64,000 nt of DNA, taken from positions 1 to 64,000 of the IMG/VR virus record IMGVR_UViG_2802429321_000001, one strand, 5' to 3'. The stretch comes from a virus (Duplodnaviria > Caudoviricetes). How positions within the stretch are numbered: the stretch's first letter is position 1; every line of letters starts with the position of its first letter. The notes under the pieces are model-generated. The model did no database searches and was not told the DNA's origin. It saw only the letters and a list, made by a program, of their open reading frames with translations. The position numbers and the translations under genes are program-made. Below are positions 53,021-61,013 of this stretch, one piece after another.

Positions 53021-53763
53021 GCAAGGCCGAACGGGACTGGAACGGGCTTAACCTGCGGCAGCAGGTGTATCTCCGCGCCATCTACCGCGCCGAGATGGTG
53101 CACGAACGCCGAGAGCTCGACCGCGCCCACACCGACCGCCGAATGTTCCCGCAGCACAGGCCCCGCGACGAGTGGGCGTGGCTCGTGTTCGCGATGTCCG
53201 CCCAGGCCGACTACCACCAGGCGATGATTCACAACGAGGTCAAGGCAGCCGGGGAACTTGACCAGGGCGCCGGAAGCACCCTCAAGGCCCTCGCCGACCG
53301 CGGCCTGATCGAAGTAGAGGGCGGCCACGGCCGAGGGCGCCGTGGCACCGTGGTGGAACAGATACTGGTCAAGCTCACCACCGCCGGACGCGCCGCTGCC
53401 CGCGTCGACAACCCGGCCCGGGTGAAACCACCCAAGGGGCTGCTCTCCGAGTGGCTGTGGGAAAAGCTCGCCGCCATCGCCGTGGCCGAGCCGGACGGCC
53501 TGGATGTGGACAAGGCGGGTGGCTGGACCTGGCCCCATCACCTCGGCCCTGAGCGCAAGGGTCTCATCGAGGTGCGGACCCACGTGGAGCAGGCGCCGCC
53601 TGGGCACTGGCTCTGGAAGGCCATCGAGGAGGGCCGGATGCCCCCGGAGTCGGTGATGTTCAAGAGGCGCCGCTGGCACCTCACCGCAGCCGGGCGCGAG
53701 CACATCGTGCAGCACCTCAACACGTACCGCGCAATTTTTCCAGACGTGATCGTCAGCGAGTAG
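53017..53763 (+). CDS. Winged-helix protein
   Basis: GAGSTLKALADRGLIEV...VKLTTAGRAAAR; second WHLTAAGR. Confidence 0.75.
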   Translation: MSKAERDWNGLNLRQQVYLRAIYRAEMVHERRELDRAHTDRRMFPQHRPRDEWAWLVFAMSAQADYHQAMIHNEVKAAGELDQGAGSTLKALADRGLIEVEGGHGRGRRGTVVEQILVKLTTAGRAAARVDNPARVKPPKGLLSEWLWEKLAAIAVAEPDGLDVDKAGGWTWPHHLGPERKGLIEVRTHVEQAPPGHWLWKAIEEGRMPPESVMFKRRRWHLTAAGREHIVQHLNTYRAIFPDVIVSE

Positions 53764-53779
53764 CAGCACGGACCGCGTG

Positions 53780-53803
53780 GCCCCCGTTTCGGCGGGGGCT
53801 TCG
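53780..53803 (+). terminator. Terminator, duplicate of 51514-51537
   Basis: Identical 24 bp. Confidence 0.75.
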
Positions 53804-53815
53804 TCGTGTCTGGGG

Positions 53816-54079
53816 TTAGGCGTCTGCCCAGCGGATGTCGGGTGCGAAGTTGTTCTCGAACGCCTCTGGGCCTCGCGGCTCGCCGGTGCCGTGCTGGGTA
53901 ATGAGCTCGGTGGCGATTTCCCAGATGCTGCCCGGCGGGGTGACGACGCCCGCGGCGACGGCGGGCTGGAGGTTGTCCAGTTGGATGCGGGCGAGGTCGA
54001 GGATGAGGGGCCACTCGGACTTGGGGACCCCATGCTGGTCGGCGGCCTGGATCCACTGCTGCTCGGTCATGGGGGCCAT
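53816..54079 (-). CDS. Hypothetical protein
   Basis: Divergent from 54197. Confidence 0.45.
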   Translation of the reverse strand: MAPMTEQQWIQAADQHGVPKSEWPLILDLARIQLDNLQPAVAAGVVTPPGSIWEIATELITQHGTGEPRGPEAFENNFAPDIRWADA

Positions 54080-54149
54080 CCTCACTCGGGAGATGCAGTG
54101 ATCGCCATGGGGTCTGATCCAACACACGCTGGGGCCGTGTCGAGCGAAT

Positions 54150-54190
54150 GCAGGGAGGGGGTTGCTTTTAAAGCAGGGAGGGGGTTTACT
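54150..54190 (+). promoter_or_regulatory. Promoter region with 14-bp direct repeat
   Basis: GCAGGGAGGGGGTT at 54150 and 54173 around TGCTT-TTA-AAGCA. Confidence 0.55.
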
Positions 54191-54196
54191 TACCTC

Positions 54197-54469
54197 ATGA
54201 CGACGACCACCACCGCCCGCCGCATCTGCCGCAGCGTCAACCACCACGCCGCCGCCAGCCACACCCGCAACGCCTCCCTCGGCGGCATCGAGGTCTACTT
54301 CGACGCCATCGGCCACGAGGTCACCTGGACCGAATCCGGCCACGTCATCCCCGACAGCGGCCTGCCCTTCGAGTACACCTACCGCTGGACCGTGCGCCCC
54401 GATCACCGCACCACCGCCGCTACCGTCCAGGACGAGCTCGGCCGCTACACCGTCGGCGTGATCGCGTGA
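54197..54469 (+). CDS. Small hypothetical protein
   Basis: ATG after the promoter; coupled to the HTH gene. Confidence 0.65.
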   Translation: MTTTTTARRICRSVNHHAAASHTRNASLGGIEVYFDAIGHEVTWTESGHVIPDSGLPFEYTYRWTVRPDHRTTAATVQDELGRYTVGVIA

Positions 54470-54984
54470 CCCACATCGAGGACTATCTGCACCTCAACCG
54501 CAAGGCCCTAGATGAACTCCCGCCAGCCGAGCGGATCGCGGTCCTCGCGGACCTAGCCCAGCGAGCGAACAAGTGGCTGGCTGACGCGCGCTCGGAAGAG
54601 ATCGACAGGCTGAGGTCGGAACTCGGCGGCGACCAGGCTGTCGCTGAGGCGCTCGGCATCTCCCGGCAGACCCTGGCTGATCTCGGCGACGGACCAGCGG
54701 TCCAACTCGGCAACGGCGCATGGGCGCGTCCCCGCCTGCTCAAGCGGGGATGCGAGCTGCTGCTGAACTACCTGCCGCCAAGCTCCCAGCCCCGGGACGT
54801 GTTCCAGGCCCTGGAGATCCTCAGTCGCCGTGGACGCCCAGACCCGAAGCAGCTGCAAGCCGCCGCGCATCGTCTGGCCCGGTCAGCGAGGCTTTCGCCG
54901 ACGTTGGGGAACGAGATGCCCCAGGACGAGATGCGGGTTCTGGTGCGGGCTTTGACCCACGCGGCGGAGATCAGCAGTCAGTAG
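54466..54984 (+). CDS. HTH DNA-binding protein
   Basis: GDQAVAEALGISRQTL. Confidence 0.7.
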   Translation: MTHIEDYLHLNRKALDELPPAERIAVLADLAQRANKWLADARSEEIDRLRSELGGDQAVAEALGISRQTLADLGDGPAVQLGNGAWARPRLLKRGCELLLNYLPPSSQPRDVFQALEILSRRGRPDPKQLQAAAHRLARSARLSPTLGNEMPQDEMRVLVRALTHAAEISSQ

Positions 54985-55052
54985 TACGCTCGCGCCGTTC
55001 TCCCCGCACGGGGAGGTGGGTCGGTTCCATTGAGTCGAAACCGAAGCTAGTT

Positions 55053-55119
55053 CTCCACGTCGGTGGAGGTGGGTCGTACAGTGTGCTACCACGATCCGGA
55101 GTTCTCCACACTGGTGGAG
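55053..55119. promoter_or_regulatory. Two CTCCAC-N4-GTGGAG palindromes
   Basis: 55053-55068 and 55104-55119, 51 bp apart. Confidence 0.6.
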
Positions 55120-55134
55120 GTCGAGTCATAGCAG

Positions 55135-55203
55135 AGCCCCAGGTTCCCGCCTGGGGCTTGTTACTGTTTGCAGTCCGGCGCCCCCGGGGAGGATCCGGGG
55201 GCG
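55135..55203. terminator. Two adjacent 9-bp hairpins
   Basis: 55135-55158 and 55179-55203. Confidence 0.55.
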
Positions 55204-55370
55204 CTTGTCCGAGCGGGGGCGAGGACACTGTGGACATCGCCTGACCAGCGGAGATCGTTACTCCGTACGGCTGGCTTGCTTCAAGATTTGGAACAGTTTG
55301 GAGCAACTTGGAGTTGACACGGGGCCGCCCTGCTCCGGGGAAGTGGAGCAGGGCGGTGGACTGGTGGTTA

Positions 55371-55727
55371 CTAGTTGACAAGCTTGCGCAGAGTCGCGAC
55401 CTCGTCCACGTACTGCTGCGCCTCCACCAGCTTCGTCGCAGCGCGGTCACCGTGCTCGGCCAGCCAGTCTTGGAAGTCCTCGCTGGCTTTCTTGGTGGTG
55501 ATGTGGAGGTGGACCACATCTCGAAGCGCGCCAGCGGCATCCAAGGTGATGATCGCGGTATCAAGGTCGGCGCCAGCTCGGATCGCCTTGCCTATCCGCT
55601 CGTTCCGCGCATCGCGAGACTTCCGGCGGTCGTAGTCATCGAACTCAAGCACTGTTCCTCCAGTAGGGACGTTTCGTGACGGGTCCTGGCGGACCGGACG
55701 CGGCACCCACGGGGGTGGATGTCGCAT
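55371..55727 (-). CDS. Hypothetical helical protein
   Basis: Last gene of the leftward operon; start uncertain. Confidence 0.55.
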   Translation of the reverse strand: MRHPPPWVPRPVRQDPSRNVPTGGTVLEFDDYDRRKSRDARNERIGKAIRAGADLDTAIITLDAAGALRDVVHLHITTKKASEDFQDWLAEHGDRAATKLVEAQQYVDEVATLRKLVN

Positions 55728-55743
55728 CCCGTGCGCCAGGTGG

Positions 55744-55929
55744 TTACCGGTGCAGCCAGCGCTGGAACGGAGTCAGCTTGGCCTCGGCTTCGCCGGCTGC
55801 GCGGTTGAGCTTCTGGTAGGTGGGGTCGGTGTCCTCGAACGGGTCGCGTCCGTTGTTGGAGCGCTCGTCGCTGTAGTCCCTGACGGCGTCACGGGCCGCC
55901 TTGTAGTTGCGGATGTTGTCGTCGGCCAT
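55744..55929 (-). CDS. Small hypothetical protein
   Basis: GAAGGAG RBS; MADDNIRNY. Confidence 0.6.
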   Translation of the reverse strand: MADDNIRNYKAARDAVRDYSDERSNNGRDPFEDTDPTYQKLNRAAGEAEAKLTPFQRWLHR

Positions 55930-55943
55930 GGCGGTCTCCTTCA

Positions 55944-56030
55944 TCACTTGGTCGCGCAGGACAGGCACTTGATGCCGGTGGTGGGCATGCCGCACGCGCA
56001 GCAGTCGTTGATCGGGGCCTCGTAGTCCAT
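55944..56030 (-). CDS. 28-aa zinc-binding peptide
   Basis: AAGGAG RBS; CCACG...CLSC. Confidence 0.5.
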   Translation of the reverse strand: MDYEAPINDCCACGMPTTGIKCLSCATK

Positions 56031-56056
56031 GATGGGTGTGCTCCTTGCGGGGAGTG

Positions 56057-56094
56057 GGCCCGGTCGGCTGGTTCCTAGGCGAGCCGACCGGGCC
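56057..56094 (-). terminator. 13-bp stem hairpin
   Basis: GGCCCGGTCGGCT / AGCCGACCGGGCC. Confidence 0.6.
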
Positions 56095-56174
56095 GTCTTC
56101 GTGTTGGTGGCCCTGGTGGACCAGAGGCGGCACCCGGGCGGGGCGGATGCAGCCTCCTGCACACCAGGCGCCGG

Positions 56175-56396
56175 TCAGTCGAGATGCCCGGACTGGCGGG
56201 CGGCCGCGATCTCCGCGGCGCTGCTGTTGCGTTTCGCCGCGTCCAGGGCTGCTTGGGCGCGTTTCTGCTCCAGCTCCTGTGCCGGTGAGTTGAAGGCGCT
56301 AGCCCCCGTGTCCGCGACCCATTTGTCTAGCGCCAGGTTGTGGAGCCGTTTCACTTGGTCTTCCCGGACGGGCTCGGTCTTTTTCTTGCCGAACAT
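56175..56396 (-). CDS. Small hypothetical protein (MFGKKK start)
   Basis: GAGAGGA RBS. Confidence 0.65.
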   Translation of the reverse strand: MFGKKKTEPVREDQVKRLHNLALDKWVADTGASAFNSPAQELEQKRAQAALDAAKRNSSAAEIAAARQSGHLD

Positions 56397-56409
56397 GCGA
56401 TCAGTCCTC

Positions 56410-56958
56410 TCAGATGAGTGCGGTTGCGAGTGCTGCGAGGGCGAGTGCCCCGATGTGCCAGGCCTGGTCAATGGCGTAGCCGCCGGTGCCCAGGCTGGGG
56501 TTGTCGAAGCTGGTTGGTTCCTCGGCGCCGTTCTTGCCGATGGACACGACGTGGACGGGCAGTTCTTCCCCGCCAGACGTCTTGACGTAGGCGCGGATGT
56601 TCTCCCTCGGCTTGCCGAGGCTGGGGAACACGGGGCTGCCGAGCTTGGCGGAGAGCCGGGCGAGCCTGCCCCGATCACGGTCAGCCCAGTAGTGGGTGAC
56701 CGCGGAGACGGCTTGTCCAACGACGAAACCAGCGGGAGTGATGCCGAGGCGCAGTGCCTTGTTGAGGACCAGGACGGCGCCGGCGGTGTGCGCCGTGTAC
56801 TGGAGCACGTGCCCGAGACATGCCCTGGTCCCATCAGGGCCAGGGTCGCATTTGTGCGCGGCCTGCGGGTCGGTTTGGCCGGTGAGGTGGTCGGCAACCT
56901 GGTGCACGGCGTACAGGGCGGCGGCGAGCGCGGCGAACTTCGCGGCCTTCGAGGTCAT
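56410..56958 (-). CDS. DUF3307-like membrane protein
   Basis: HQVADH..GQT..QA..K, HYWADR, DQAWH. Confidence 0.75.
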   Translation of the reverse strand: MTSKAAKFAALAAALYAVHQVADHLTGQTDPQAAHKCDPGPDGTRACLGHVLQYTAHTAGAVLVLNKALRLGITPAGFVVGQAVSAVTHYWADRDRGRLARLSAKLGSPVFPSLGKPRENIRAYVKTSGGEELPVHVVSIGKNGAEEPTSFDNPSLGTGGYAIDQAWHIGALALAALATALI

Positions 56959-57404
56959 GACGCGGCCTCCTCAATGAGTGCTGCGACACGGATGTGGCAG
57001 CCGGGCTGTTCGCCTGGCTCAGCGATGCGCTTGGACGGGTGCATGTCGACGACTTGGGAGTCGTCTGCCCAGAGTCCTGCGTAGGTGAGTGCGTCACAGA
57101 CGGCTCGGGTGAGTTTGTCGAGGTCTGGGCGTTTCACTGCGGGTGGCGTGGAGCGTTTCGGTGCGGACAGTGGCCGCGGCAGGACGAATTCGAACTTGGC
57201 GACGAGCGGGACACCAGTTGTGAAGCCGCGGTGTCCGGTTTTGCGCATGGCGTCGATGACGGTCCAGCGGATGTCTTCGCGCCAGGGTTTGACGGCCTTC
57301 GACATTTCGATCATGACTCCGCCACCAACGTGCCGCTTGGAGCCTTGCGGGGCGGGGCGACCAGGCACGAACACTTCGAGCATTGGCGTGACGGTGGCGG
57401 TCAT
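56955..57404 (-). CDS. rusA: RusA-like Holliday junction resolvase
   Basis: PAPQGSK, PDLDKLTRAVCDAL, DDSQVV. Confidence 0.92.
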   Translation of the reverse strand: MTATVTPMLEVFVPGRPAPQGSKRHVGGGVMIEMSKAVKPWREDIRWTVIDAMRKTGHRGFTTGVPLVAKFEFVLPRPLSAPKRSTPPAVKRPDLDKLTRAVCDALTYAGLWADDSQVVDMHPSKRIAEPGEQPGCHIRVAALIEEAAS

Positions 57405-57655
57405 GCGTTAGCTCCTGGGATGAGGCCGCGTCCGATGGCGATGGTGACGGCGTGGGTGGAGTTGGTGGCCGCGAGTTTGCGGATCGCGTTGTGGGCGTGT
57501 CGTTTCGCGGTGTCGAGGGACATGTCGAGCTCGCGGGCAGTGGTCCTGTAGGTGTGGCCGAGGGAGATGTAGTGGAGGACCGCGAGCTCGATCTCAGTGG
57601 GCCGGGCAATGCGGTGGGCGTCGACCTCGGCGGCCATGGCCTCGATGTCACTCAT
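57401..57655 (-). CDS. LuxR-type HTH protein
   Basis: ELAVLHYISLGHTYRTTAREL...KLAATNSTHAV. Confidence 0.85.
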   Translation of the reverse strand: MSDIEAMAAEVDAHRIARPTEIELAVLHYISLGHTYRTTARELDMSLDTAKRHAHNAIRKLAATNSTHAVTIAIGRGLIPGANA

Positions 57656-57897
57656 GGCTGGTCTGCGTTCGTTGGCTGTCCGACCCAGCGGAGGAGGGTG
57701 AGGAGGTGATCGGTGCGGACGTCTCCGTCGCGGGTTTCGAACCGCATGATGGTGGAGGCAGCGATGCCCAGGTTTTCTCCTGCCGCCCTGAGTGAGAGCT
57801 GGTCGCGACGGCGCTTCTCGCGGACGAGTGCGGGGAGGATCTCGATGACGTGGGCCAGTTCCTCGTAGGAGGTGGGTGCTGAAGTCGGGTCACTCAC
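57652..57897 (-). CDS. XRE-family HTH protein
   Basis: LSLRAAGENLGIAASTIMRFE. Confidence 0.85.
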   Translation of the reverse strand: MSDPTSAPTSYEELAHVIEILPALVREKRRRDQLSLRAAGENLGIAASTIMRFETRDGDVRTDHLLTLLRWVGQPTNADQP

Positions 57898-58181
57898 GGC
57901 TGGTCTCCGTCCTCGAAGGGCAACCCGTCCATGCAGGCTGCGGCGAACCGCATCCCGGCTTCGATGTGATCGGGGCAGAGAACCCGACCGTCCGGGAGCG
58001 CCAGCCAGTCGCCTAGGTGGTAGCGGCGCTGGGTGTCGGTGAGTTCCGGTCGGCCGTAGAGGATGGGGCCGGGTTCGTTGTCTTCGTCGTCTTCGGGAAT
58101 CTCGTAGATCGTGGGGCACTGGCCGTTGGTGGTGCGGCCGTCGCAGCGCAGCACGTAGAAGGTGCGTGTCTCGAAGCTCAT
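57894..58181 (-). CDS. Hypothetical zinc-binding protein
   Basis: CDG..C, LCPDH. Confidence 0.65.
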   Translation of the reverse strand: MSFETRTFYVLRCDGRTTNGQCPTIYEIPEDDEDNEPGPILYGRPELTDTQRRYHLGDWLALPDGRVLCPDHIEAGMRFAAACMDGLPFEDGDQP

Positions 58182-58423
58182 GGCTGCCGCTCCAGCTCCA
58201 GGAGGGCCGCTTCGACTGCGAGGCGTGCGAGGTTGTTGACCTCGTGGATGAAGCTACTGTCGACGCACTCCAGGGTTTGCGCGGCACTGCCGTTTGGGCT
58301 GATAGCTGCCCACCTATTCAGGACGGCTTGCACGCAGGATTTGGGAACTCCGATCCCGAGTGCGCCATAGACGTAGCCGTCACGGTCCGGCTCGTCGTCG
58401 TTGCTGCGGTGCAGAACACTCAC
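58178..58423 (-). CDS. Hypothetical protein
   Basis: Coupled ORF. Confidence 0.5.
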   Translation of the reverse strand: MSVLHRSNDDEPDRDGYVYGALGIGVPKSCVQAVLNRWAAISPNGSAAQTLECVDSSFIHEVNNLARLAVEAALLELERQP

Positions 58424-59622
58424 GGCTGGTCTCCGTCCTGTACTGGGATGCCGGCGGCATGTAGGGCTTCCTTGGCGCGCTGGATGTAGCCAGCGTGGTT
58501 CCACTTCTCGGCGAAGTACTCGCTGACGTAGGGCAGCATGTCTTCGAGTCCCTCAAGGGCATCTGCGAGCGCGGCTTTGAGTCGCCCGTTCTCGACGGTG
58601 ACGTGCGCCAGTTCCTTGGCCTGCTCCGGCAGTGCGCCCGGCTTGGGCATGGCGTCGATCATGTCGGCGACGGTGACGCCTTCGCCGTCGGGCAGGCCGA
58701 GATGATTACGGAGGATCGCCATCTGCTCCGCGTACAGGCTGCTGCTCGCGGTGAGGAACTCGACATCCACCACGAGCTTCCGATTCTCTGCGGCGAGCTT
58801 CATGTGTGCATCGAGGAGGTTCCCGCCCTTGTGCTGCTCGTTGACGTACGGGGTGTCGTGGGCGGCGTAGTGGGCGAGGATCGCGGCGGCGGCTTCCGCC
58901 GTGTGCGCCTCCCACGTATGCCAGTGACCGCGACACGTATCGAGTGGCTTGCGGCTTTCGTGGATGGCCCGCGCCACTGCCTCCACCACGTCACTGCCGG
59001 GCTCCGGTACTGCCAGCTCGACGGGGATCCGTCCAGCCGGGACAGTGCCCTCCATGCATTCGTTGGACTGCCAGCCGGACATGTTCTGTTGGCCAGGGCA
59101 GTACACGAGGTGCCACGGTTCGTCGTCGGGTTCGGCGAGCTTCACGTACAGGTGATCGGTGGCGATGCGCAGGCTGCCGACGGGATCTTCTTCGGGTGTG
59201 GTTGTAGGCAGGTCGAGTCCGTAGGGGGCTGGGAGTTCGTTGATGACTCCTTGGTTGGAGGTGACAGGCTTGCCGTCCACCACGACCCGGATTGAGCCCA
59301 GCACTTCGACACCAACGAGACCGCCGTTCGCGTCCCGGTCGATGTTGATCGACGCGGTGATGCACTCGGTACGGTCCACATCGGCGTCCCGGAGGTGCAC
59401 GTACACCGAGCCCTGCGCGGGCTCCGTGGGCGGCTGCCATCCAGCGGTGAGGAGCGTGTCCGCGATTTCGCCGACCGTCACTGGCCGCCAACTGTCGCCA
59501 GCCGCGGCGACACAGTTGAGGTCCTCTGCGTCCGGGAGATCCGGGTTGCTGTCCCGGTCGGGCCGGAACGCGGCGGCGAGAAGTTCCACCGCCGCGTCCC
59601 GACCGGTCCGCTGCTCGCTCAC
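58420..59622 (-). CDS. Patchwork multi-module protein incl. DUF2283-like segment
   Basis: VYVHL...INIDRDANGGLVGVEVL; coiled-coil C-terminus. Confidence 0.65.
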   Translation of the reverse strand: MSEQRTGRDAAVELLAAAFRPDRDSNPDLPDAEDLNCVAAAGDSWRPVTVGEIADTLLTAGWQPPTEPAQGSVYVHLRDADVDRTECITASINIDRDANGGLVGVEVLGSIRVVVDGKPVTSNQGVINELPAPYGLDLPTTTPEEDPVGSLRIATDHLYVKLAEPDDEPWHLVYCPGQQNMSGWQSNECMEGTVPAGRIPVELAVPEPGSDVVEAVARAIHESRKPLDTCRGHWHTWEAHTAEAAAAILAHYAAHDTPYVNEQHKGGNLLDAHMKLAAENRKLVVDVEFLTASSSLYAEQMAILRNHLGLPDGEGVTVADMIDAMPKPGALPEQAKELAHVTVENGRLKAALADALEGLEDMLPYVSEYFAEKWNHAGYIQRAKEALHAAGIPVQDGDQP

Positions 59623-59849
59623 CGCCCCTCCTCGGCAATCGTCCAGCGTCGGGCCTCGCCGATCTCCCAGGCGTGCACCTCTACGTGATGCAGGAACCGG
59701 GCATCAGAAGCCACGACGCCAGGCGGGGACAGCCACGCGTGCTGGCCCTTGCCGGTGTTGTCGCCCTCGGTGAAACGGATCGCCCACCGGCCGGTTTCCG
59801 GGCACACCCGGATCGTGCCCACCGGGTCGTCAATCGGATGCTCGCTCAC
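59619..59849 (-). CDS. Hypothetical protein
   Basis: DDPVGTIR; coupled. Confidence 0.55.
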   Translation of the reverse strand: MSEHPIDDPVGTIRVCPETGRWAIRFTEGDNTGKGQHAWLSPPGVVASDARFLHHVEVHAWEIGEARRWTIAEEGR

Positions 59850-60031
59850 CGCTTCTCCTTGAAGTCATTGGGTTCCACGCTGTCGTCGAAGATCACGACG
59901 TGCCCGTCTGGCCACGTCTCCAACGCACCCCACACATCGGGGTGCAGGAGCCGCAGGTGGTTGAGTAGGTCCACGCTGGGCATGTCGGATCGGCACACGT
60001 GGCAGTGACCGGTATTCAGTGGCTCGGTCAT
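59846..60031 (-). CDS. C2H2-like small protein
   Basis: CHVC...HLRLLH. Confidence 0.6.
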   Translation of the reverse strand: MTEPLNTGHCHVCRSDMPSVDLLNHLRLLHPDVWGALETWPDGHVVIFDDSVEPNDFKEKR

Positions 60032-60507
60032 CACGCCACCTCCAGTTGCGTCTCGTCCAAGCGCCGGAACCGGTGCTTGCACCCGGCTGCTGTGCACCGT
60101 TTCGCGTCCGGGACCTCGCGGGCCGGGATCGCCTTCGACACGTCCGGGCTGGTGTGCCCACAGGCGGGGAACCCATCGACCATGACGTGCCAGACGACTG
60201 TGCCAGCGTTACTGGTCTTGCCTCGCCTGGTGTATGGCGCGGCGATCAGGTCCCCGGATGCCGCGGTACCGGCCAAGACCCTCGCCTGTCGGATTTCATT
60301 CCGCTCGGCGGGCGTGGTGCCGCCGAAGATGCCGCACGGGATCGCCTGCTGTAGCGCCCACTCCAGGCATTGCGCGGTGACTGGGCACGCGTTGTTGCAG
60401 ATGCCCTTCGCGTACGCCTCCTGATCCGGCGACATCGAGCCACGGTCAGGGGAAAACCAGATCGACTTTGCCTTGCTCCGGCACTTCGCCCGGTCACGCC
60501 AGTCCAT
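60031..60507 (-). CDS. whiB: WhiB-family regulator with C-terminal extension
   Basis: WRDRAKC, AKGIC..CPV..QC, GIFGGTTPAER. Confidence 0.9.
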   Translation of the reverse strand: MDWRDRAKCRSKAKSIWFSPDRGSMSPDQEAYAKGICNNACPVTAQCLEWALQQAIPCGIFGGTTPAERNEIRQARVLAGTAASGDLIAAPYTRRGKTSNAGTVVWHVMVDGFPACGHTSPDVSKAIPAREVPDAKRCTAAGCKHRFRRLDETQLEVA

Positions 60508-60508
60508 G

Positions 60509-60823
60509 TCAGTCCCCTCCGTCGCGGGTCTCGGCGATGGCGAGCGCGTTCTTCTCTGCCTGCTGGAGCTGCCAGATCTCGGCGCGGAGGTTGTCGATGC
60601 GGATCCGCAGTGCCTCCAGCGACTGGGCCAGGCGTGCGTTCTCATCGGTGAGCCGCTGAATCTCGTCGTCCTTCGCTTCGAAGATCGGTTGGATCGTGGC
60701 GAGCGCCGCATCAGCGAGGTTCAGGCAGTCTTCCCACGTGCTGTCGATCGGGTCGGCGGCACTGATGGACTCAGCCACGCACTGCCGCAAACCATCCACT
60801 ACGGGCTCGATGTGCTCGGTCAT
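60509..60823 (-). CDS. Coiled-coil hypothetical protein
   Basis: AAGGAGG RBS; heptads. Confidence 0.6.
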   Translation of the reverse strand: MTEHIEPVVDGLRQCVAESISAADPIDSTWEDCLNLADAALATIQPIFEAKDDEIQRLTDENARLAQSLEALRIRIDNLRAEIWQLQQAEKNALAIAETRDGGD

Positions 60824-61013
60824 GTCGTCCTCCTTGGACGGTTAGCAGTCGGGGCAGCGGGTGATTTGGCCGGCGATCCACACCCACCGGAAGTCGTTGC
60901 ACGTGCCGCAAGTCGCGTTCACGGTGTCTCCTTGGGGTAGCAGCGGTGAATGGTGATGGCGAGGACGGCGATCCCAGCGGCGATCACGGGCGCGAGGGCG
61001 ATCCACTCGGGGG

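Noticed and set aside
54971-55564. 197-aa minus-strand ORF with PPPxWRT repeats
   Set aside because: The peptide repeats come from the DNA palindromes; it overlaps another gene in a different frame and is low complexity.
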